Shown here: positions 55,058 to 60,343 of the stretch, piece by piece
How the letters are laid out: the number at the start of each line of letters is the position of its first letter
Numbering within the stretch: position 1 is the first letter of the stretch
Source of the DNA: a virus
Lineage: Duplodnaviria > Caudoviricetes
Reading direction: 5' to 3' (one strand)
Length of the DNA stretch: 60,343 nucleotides
IMG/VR virus record: IMGVR_UViG_3300042940_002972
Location: 1 to 60,343 of that record
Position numbers and translations under genes: made by a program
Notes under the pieces: generated by a model
Seen by the model: only the letters and a program-made list of their open reading frames with translations
Told to the model about the DNA's origin: nothing
Database searches by the model: none

Positions 55058-55648
55058 ATGGACCAATTGATGCAGAAACTTATGAAATCCAAAGCTATAA
55101 TGGATGCTACTAATAATATGAAAAGAGGGAATCATTCTGATAATTTACCTATGAACATGGTTCAAAATTTTGATGTTCCTGCAGCAAAATACAATATACC
55201 CGAGGAATTTTTACATGAAAATCAAACACCTCAAAATGTGGTTGCTCGGGAAAATACAAAGCCCGTAGGTGTTCCAACCGTGGAAGCAATCAAAAATTCA
55301 AAACTACCCGACGAAATAAAAAGATTGATGATTGAACACCCAATAGCCCAACCACAACAATCTCAAATGACTATCTCTGATGAATTAGTTGAGAAAGCTT
55401 CAAGATTGATGAGAAAACAAGATAGTAACTATATTACTGAAAGTGCAAAAGAAAAGGTTTCTAAGCCACAATCACCCTCAATAGACTACGGTATGGTTCA
55501 AGAAATGATTGAAGAAGCGGTAAATAAGGCTTTGAGAAAAAACAATTTATTGATTGAATCGACAGAGAAAACTAACGAACAATTTACTTTTAAGGTTGGT
55601 AAACACGTTTTTGAAGGTAAAGTTACAAAAGTTAAAAAAATAGTTTAA
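55058..55648 (+). CDS. Hypothetical protein
   Basis: 196-aa ORF in the operon. Confidence 0.75.
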   Translation: MDQLMQKLMKSKAIMDATNNMKRGNHSDNLPMNMVQNFDVPAAKYNIPEEFLHENQTPQNVVARENTKPVGVPTVEAIKNSKLPDEIKRLMIEHPIAQPQQSQMTISDELVEKASRLMRKQDSNYITESAKEKVSKPQSPSIDYGMVQEMIEEAVNKALRKNNLLIESTEKTNEQFTFKVGKHVFEGKVTKVKKIV

Positions 55649-55702
55649 CAACTTTTCTTATTAGACTTAAAGTATTATATTTCTCGAATATACTAAAACT
55701 TT

Positions 55703-56914
55703 ATGTCAAAAATCAATGTTCTTGTTATTCCTTCCGACCGTACAGGGGTTGGTAAATTTAGGTCTGTTGACCCTCACATTTTTTTACAAAATCTTTATCC
55801 TGATGATTTTCATGTAGATATAATCTACGATGTACCTATTGAGGACATTGAATTTTTCAAAAAATATCAAATTGTTGCATTTCACAGAAGTTTGAATCCT
55901 GATTTTGAGAAATCAAATGACATGTTAAAAAAATTACAGTCTACTGATGTTATCACAATTGATGATATCGATGATTATTGGATGCCAGGCAAAGAACATC
56001 CAATACACGACATAATCAGATTTAATAAGATAAACGAAAAAATTGTTGCAAATCTTAGAGAAGCAAAATACGTAACAACAACAACTTCCCTATTTGCAGA
56101 TGAAATTAAAAAAATAAACAAGAACGTAATTGTTTTTCCAAATGCAATAAATCCCGATGAATCTCAATTCAAAGAAAAAACTTCAGAATCAGACAGACTG
56201 AGAATTGGTTGGCTTGGAGGCTCATCACATTTACACGATATTCAATTATTGGATGGTTCGTTTAGTAAACTAACCTCTATATCCAAAAACCTACAATTTG
56301 TACTTTGTGGATTTGACACAAGAGGTACTATCACAGAAATCAACCCTCAAAATGGTGAACACAAGAAAAGAAATATTTTACCACATGAAACGGTTTGGGC
56401 TAATTATGAAAAAATCTTCACGCAGAATTATTCAATAGTTTCAGAAACATATAAAAAATACTTATTAGACTTCACCCAAGTAGAATATACAAGTGAGACT
56501 AGTGAATCATATGTTCGTGTTTGGACAAAACCTGTTCAGTCTTACGCAAAAAATTACTCAAAGTTTGACGTATCCTTGGCCCCTATTAAAAATACTATGT
56601 TTAATAGGATGAAATCTCAATTAAAGGTAATCGAGGCGGGTTTTTATAAAAAAGCAATAATTGCCTCTAATTTAGGACCTTACACAATAGATTTGGTACA
56701 TTCACTTCAAAATGGTAATTTTGTGGATGGTAATGCACTTCTCGTAGATGAAAACAGAAATCACTCAGATTGGGCTAAGTATATTGAAAAACTTCAAAAA
56801 AATCCCAATTGGGTAAAAGACTTAGGTGAAAGACTTTATGAGACTGTAAAAGATAAATACGACTTGAGAGTTGTTACCAAACAAAGAGCTGAATTTTATA
56901 AATCACTTGTATGA
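55703..56914 (+). CDS. GT-B fold glycosyltransferase (GT4-like)
   Basis: DIDDYW, RIGWLGGSSHLHD, DVSLAP, FNRMKSQLKVIEAG, IIASN. Confidence 0.82.
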   Translation: MSKINVLVIPSDRTGVGKFRSVDPHIFLQNLYPDDFHVDIIYDVPIEDIEFFKKYQIVAFHRSLNPDFEKSNDMLKKLQSTDVITIDDIDDYWMPGKEHPIHDIIRFNKINEKIVANLREAKYVTTTTSLFADEIKKINKNVIVFPNAINPDESQFKEKTSESDRLRIGWLGGSSHLHDIQLLDGSFSKLTSISKNLQFVLCGFDTRGTITEINPQNGEHKKRNILPHETVWANYEKIFTQNYSIVSETYKKYLLDFTQVEYTSETSESYVRVWTKPVQSYAKNYSKFDVSLAPIKNTMFNRMKSQLKVIEAGFYKKAIIASNLGPYTIDLVHSLQNGNFVDGNALLVDENRNHSDWAKYIEKLQKNPNWVKDLGERLYETVKDKYDLRVVTKQRAEFYKSLV

Positions 56915-57612
56915 TAAACACCCCTATTGACAAATTACTATTTTTAGACATCGAAACCGTTGGTGTTGAAAAAGATTGGGAATCCCTTCAGAAAAATAAC
57001 GAACCTCTCTCTTTTCAGTTTGAAAACTACTTTGATTGGTTTCAAAAAAGGTTTCCTGAGGATGCAAACAAACCCATATCTGAAATGTTTATCAATAGGG
57101 CTGCTCTTGTGCCTGAATTTAATAGAATTGTTTGTGTAAGTGTTGCATTTATAAACAAAAAAGGTGAAGTAAAAATTGAATCACATAATGATGTTGACGA
57201 AAAAAAATTATTACTAGAAGTTCAAAAAATTTTATATAAAGTAGGAGAGCTCGGTTTTCATTTATGTGGACACAATGTCAAAGGGTTTGACATTCCTGTA
57301 TTAGCTAAAAGGATGATAATAAATGGAATTTTACCTCCGAAAATTCTACCAGGTCACGACACTAAGCCATGGGAAATTAAAGCTCTTGACACCAAAGAAG
57401 TTTGGCAATACGGAGGGTATGGCTCAATTGCATCATTAGAATTGATGTGTGTTTGTTTAGGAGTACCCTCACCTAAAACTATGGAGGTTACAGGTAATAA
57501 AGTTCATGAAGCCTTTTGGATAAAGAAAGATTACGACGGTATAAAAAATTATTGTGAAGCGGATGTTTTATCTTTGATAAACGTTATAAAAAAATTAAAT
57601 CAATTAAAATGA
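56911..57612 (+). CDS. Stand-alone DEDD 3'-5' exonuclease (PolB exonuclease-related)
   Basis: FLDIET, GHNVKGFDIP, YCEADV. Confidence 0.85.
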   Translation: MINTPIDKLLFLDIETVGVEKDWESLQKNNEPLSFQFENYFDWFQKRFPEDANKPISEMFINRAALVPEFNRIVCVSVAFINKKGEVKIESHNDVDEKKLLLEVQKILYKVGELGFHLCGHNVKGFDIPVLAKRMIINGILPPKILPGHDTKPWEIKALDTKEVWQYGGYGSIASLELMCVCLGVPSPKTMEVTGNKVHEAFWIKKDYDGIKNYCEADVLSLINVIKKLNQLK

Positions 57613-58214
57613 GTGAGGATAACAAAGAATTTTCTGAACTTTTGCAGTTATTAGAAAAACTAACATCAGAAGCAAACTCTAAATCGATGGACGCTCAATC
57701 CGAAGACGAGTTAGATTCTCTAGTCTCGATGTCATTTGATGACCTGAGTCAAGAATTTATAAAAGAATCAAAAACAAAACTTTTAAAGGTTAAAAAGATA
57801 AACTCTGACGCAATTTTACCATCATACAATTACCCTTCAGATTCTGGTTTTGACTTATACTCCACAGAGGAAATAGTAATTCCTGCCTTAGGAAGAGCTT
57901 TAATTCCCACAGGTTTAAGTTTCCAATTTTCTGAGGGATATGAAATCCAAATCAGAACAAAAAGTGGATTGGCTATCAATCAAGGAATCATGGTTCTGAA
58001 TTCACCAGGTACCGTAGACCAAGGATATTCGGGGGAAATAAAAGTTCCTATTTTTAACACCAATCCTTCATCTTTCACAATTAAAAAAAATATGAAAGTT
58101 GCCCAAGCCGTACTTTGTCCTGTGGTAAATGGTCTTTTCGTAAAAATTGAGGAAGTTGACACTTTTGAAGAAACTGACCGTGGTGATAACGGATTCGGAA
58201 GTACTGGTATTTAA
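57609..58214 (+). CDS. dut: Trimeric dUTPase with acidic N-terminal extension
   Basis: SGFDL, RTKSGLA, GTVDQGYSGEI, VAQAV, RGDNGFGSTG. Confidence 0.95.
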   Translation: MSEDNKEFSELLQLLEKLTSEANSKSMDAQSEDELDSLVSMSFDDLSQEFIKESKTKLLKVKKINSDAILPSYNYPSDSGFDLYSTEEIVIPALGRALIPTGLSFQFSEGYEIQIRTKSGLAINQGIMVLNSPGTVDQGYSGEIKVPIFNTNPSSFTIKKNMKVAQAVLCPVVNGLFVKIEEVDTFEETDRGDNGFGSTGI

Positions 58215-58224
58215 AACTTTTTGT

Positions 58225-58395
58225 ATGGGAAAATACTATGAAAACTTAGACACTCTTATCGGACTAATAAAAAAATTAGAAAAAAAGAATGTACTTGCAG
58301 AATTTATTATAGATTGTATATCATTAGCAAAAAAAGAACCCAGTAAGACCATACATGAAATAATTAAAGAATCTAAGAAAAAAAGATTAGAATAA
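58225..58395 (+). CDS. Small hypothetical protein
   Basis: Start moved to the ATG at 58225 (MGKYYENL...); fills the gap and is coupled to the next gene. Confidence 0.55.
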   Translation: MGKYYENLDTLIGLIKKLEKKNVLAEFIIDCISLAKKEPSKTIHEIIKESKKKRLE

Positions 58396-60026
58396 TGATT
58401 ACAATAGGATATTCAACTAGAGAATCTAATCCAAAGCTCAAAGAATATTTTATCAAAAGCTCTGGTTTTAAAAAAAATCTCGTTATAGAGAAAGTAAACA
58501 ATGGAGAAAAATCTCTCTCAGAAATCTACAATGAAATTTTGAGAGAGGCAACTACGGATATTGTAGTTCTTTGTCATGACGATATAACATTTGATACTTC
58601 TGCATGGTATCCTAAATTAATCAATCATTTTAACAATTCAGACTTCGGTATTCTTGGTGTTGCGGGCACAACTCATATGCCTGAAAGTGGACAGTGGTGG
58701 CAAAACAGAAGAAAAATGTATGGAATAGTAAACCATCAACAAGGAACAAAAAAATGGGAATCTAAGTACTCAGAACCATTTGGTAACGATATAAAACCTG
58801 TTGTTGTTGTAGATGGACTATTCATAGCAATTCACAAAAAAAGAATAAGAAAAAACTTTAATGAAGATTTCAAAGGGTTTCATTTTTACGATATTCCATT
58901 TTGTTTTGAAAATTATTTAGAAGGAGTTAAAGTTGGGGTAATCACTAACATTAGAATCACTCATCAATCTATCGGTATGACAAATGAGAAATGGGAATCT
59001 AATCGGCAATTATTCATACAAAAATATTCTTCAAATCTTCCTCAAAAAATTTTGTTTGATAGAGAGAAAGATAAAATAAATGTTCTTCTAAGTTGTTTAA
59101 ATTTTAGAACTTTCACTGGTTCTGAGTTGTATGTTTATGAATTGGCCAGAGGTCTTAAAAAATTGAATTGTGAAGTGACTGTAATGTCACAAATCGGTGG
59201 ACCACTTACGGATTTAGCAAGGAAGAATGGAATCAAATGTTTATCGTTTGAACAAGCCCCTGGTTTCAAATTAGGAGATGGTAAATGGGGGTTCGACGAC
59301 GGGAATGGATATAAAGTTTCTCAAGTGAACATGATGTATAGGGTTTCGGAAGTAAACTTTGATATAATTCACATCCAACACAAACCTGTTGCTGAAAGAA
59401 TTTTAAATTTTTATCCCGAAATTGATAAAATTTGTTCAATCCATTCGGAAATAATCGAATTAGAAAATCCGATGATACATCCATCAATAAAAAAATATAT
59501 TGCAATAAGACCCGAGATAAAAGATTATCTTATTACAAAATTTCAAATTTCAGAAAATGATATTGAAATAATTTATAATCCAATCGATGAGTCAAAATTC
59601 ACAAAATCTGAGTTAGATGAATCAGGTTATGTTCTATTTGTTGGAACTTTGGATTATCTCAGAAGAGAAACTTTAATGGACCTAATTGAATACACACAAA
59701 AAATAGGTAAAGAATTGTGGATTGTTGGAGAAAACAAAGGTAACTTTTTAGACGCATTACAAAGAGAATCAAATGTTAAATATTTTCCAGCAACTTGGAA
59801 TATTGAAAAGTATTTGAAAGGTTGTTCAGAAACAGCAGGGATACAACTTGGAAGAACAACTATTGAAGGTTGGTTGTCGGGTAAACCAGGTTGGATTTAT
59901 AAGGTAGATTCCTTGGGTGTGATAACTTCAAAAGAAAAATTTGACCCACCTTCTGATATCGAAAAATATTTTACTACAAACGTGGCTAAACAAATCAAAG
60001 AAGAATATATAAAAATTATTTCATGA
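58395..60026 (+). CDS. Two-domain glycosyltransferase (GT2-like N-domain, GT-B C-domain)
   Basis: VLCHDDI, VVDGLF, FHFYD in the N-domain; TGSELYVYELA and IYNPID in the C-domain. Confidence 0.8.
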   Translation: MITIGYSTRESNPKLKEYFIKSSGFKKNLVIEKVNNGEKSLSEIYNEILREATTDIVVLCHDDITFDTSAWYPKLINHFNNSDFGILGVAGTTHMPESGQWWQNRRKMYGIVNHQQGTKKWESKYSEPFGNDIKPVVVVDGLFIAIHKKRIRKNFNEDFKGFHFYDIPFCFENYLEGVKVGVITNIRITHQSIGMTNEKWESNRQLFIQKYSSNLPQKILFDREKDKINVLLSCLNFRTFTGSELYVYELARGLKKLNCEVTVMSQIGGPLTDLARKNGIKCLSFEQAPGFKLGDGKWGFDDGNGYKVSQVNMMYRVSEVNFDIIHIQHKPVAERILNFYPEIDKICSIHSEIIELENPMIHPSIKKYIAIRPEIKDYLITKFQISENDIEIIYNPIDESKFTKSELDESGYVLFVGTLDYLRRETLMDLIEYTQKIGKELWIVGENKGNFLDALQRESNVKYFPATWNIEKYLKGCSETAGIQLGRTTIEGWLSGKPGWIYKVDSLGVITSKEKFDPPSDIEKYFTTNVAKQIKEEYIKIIS

Positions 60027-60343
60027 TTATACTGACAACCACATACAATTGTCAAACTTTTATCGAAAGATGTTTGTTCAGTATTATGGGACAAACACAC
60101 AAAAATTTTACATGTTATATAACAGATGATTTATCAACTGATTTTACCCGAGAAGTAATAAAGAAGACAATCTATAATGACAAAAGATTTATTTTAGTTG
60201 AAAACAATACAAAAAAGTTTCAACCTGGAAATTACGACCAAATTATAAGAGGATTAAACATACCTGATGATGAAATTTGTATAGAAGTTGACGGTGACGA
60301 TTGGCTACCAAACTCAAATGTTTTTGATTCAATAAATGAAACT
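60023..60343 (+). CDS. Glycosyltransferase family 2 (partial, runs off the window end)
   Basis: Not in the ORF track. MIILTTTYNCQTFIERCLFSIMGQ...ITDDLSTD...EVDGDDWL. Confidence 0.85.
   Translation, partial: MIILTTTYNCQTFIERCLFSIMGQTHKNFTCYITDDLSTDFTREVIKKTIYNDKRFILVENNTKKFQPGNYDQIIRGLNIPDDEICIEVDGDDWLPNSNVFDSINET

Noticed and set aside
1-60343. Stop-codon reassignment as in some large phages
   Set aside because: Genes are full length and densely packed under the standard code, and TAA, TGA and TAG all end genes.
1-60343. tRNA or rRNA genes
   Set aside because: Intergenic gaps are short and no cloverleaf or rRNA-like sequence was seen by eye; a tRNAscan/Infernal run would confirm.

Overview
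This window is an AT-rich, gene-dense segment of a large T4-like (myovirus-type) dsDNA phage genome read in the standard genetic code. The host is probably a Bacteroidota: there is one canonical TTTG-N20-TATATTTG promoter, and most leaders are A-rich without a Shine-Dalgarno sequence. In order, it holds (i) a partial gp25-like baseplate gene and a replication/recombination block (class II ribonucleotide reductase, DnaB-like helicase, 5'-3' exonuclease, UvsX/RecA, gp32-like SSB); (ii) a contractile-tail block (giant hub, LysM/gp53-like wedge, tube initiator with an inserted OmpA-like domain, tape measure, chaperone, tube, sheath, completion and neck proteins); (iii) SET-domain, SNF2, SOD-fusion and family B polymerase genes; (iv) five Thr/Pro-rich mucin-like proteins flanking four glycosyltransferase genes, one of them GT60-like; (v) hypothetical genes, a stand-alone WYL protein, an exonuclease, a dUTPase and three more glycosyltransferases. 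The best candidate for a new system is phage-encoded mucin-type O-glycosylation of modular virion surface proteins. Other leads are a probable +1 frameshift (UUU_CGC) in the tail chaperone, a recurrent TATTTAT promoter-like motif, an unannotated RHH regulator with a phased operator, and Glu-ending leaders that may mark head-packaged cargo. All family assignments come from motif recognition by eye; no database search was run.
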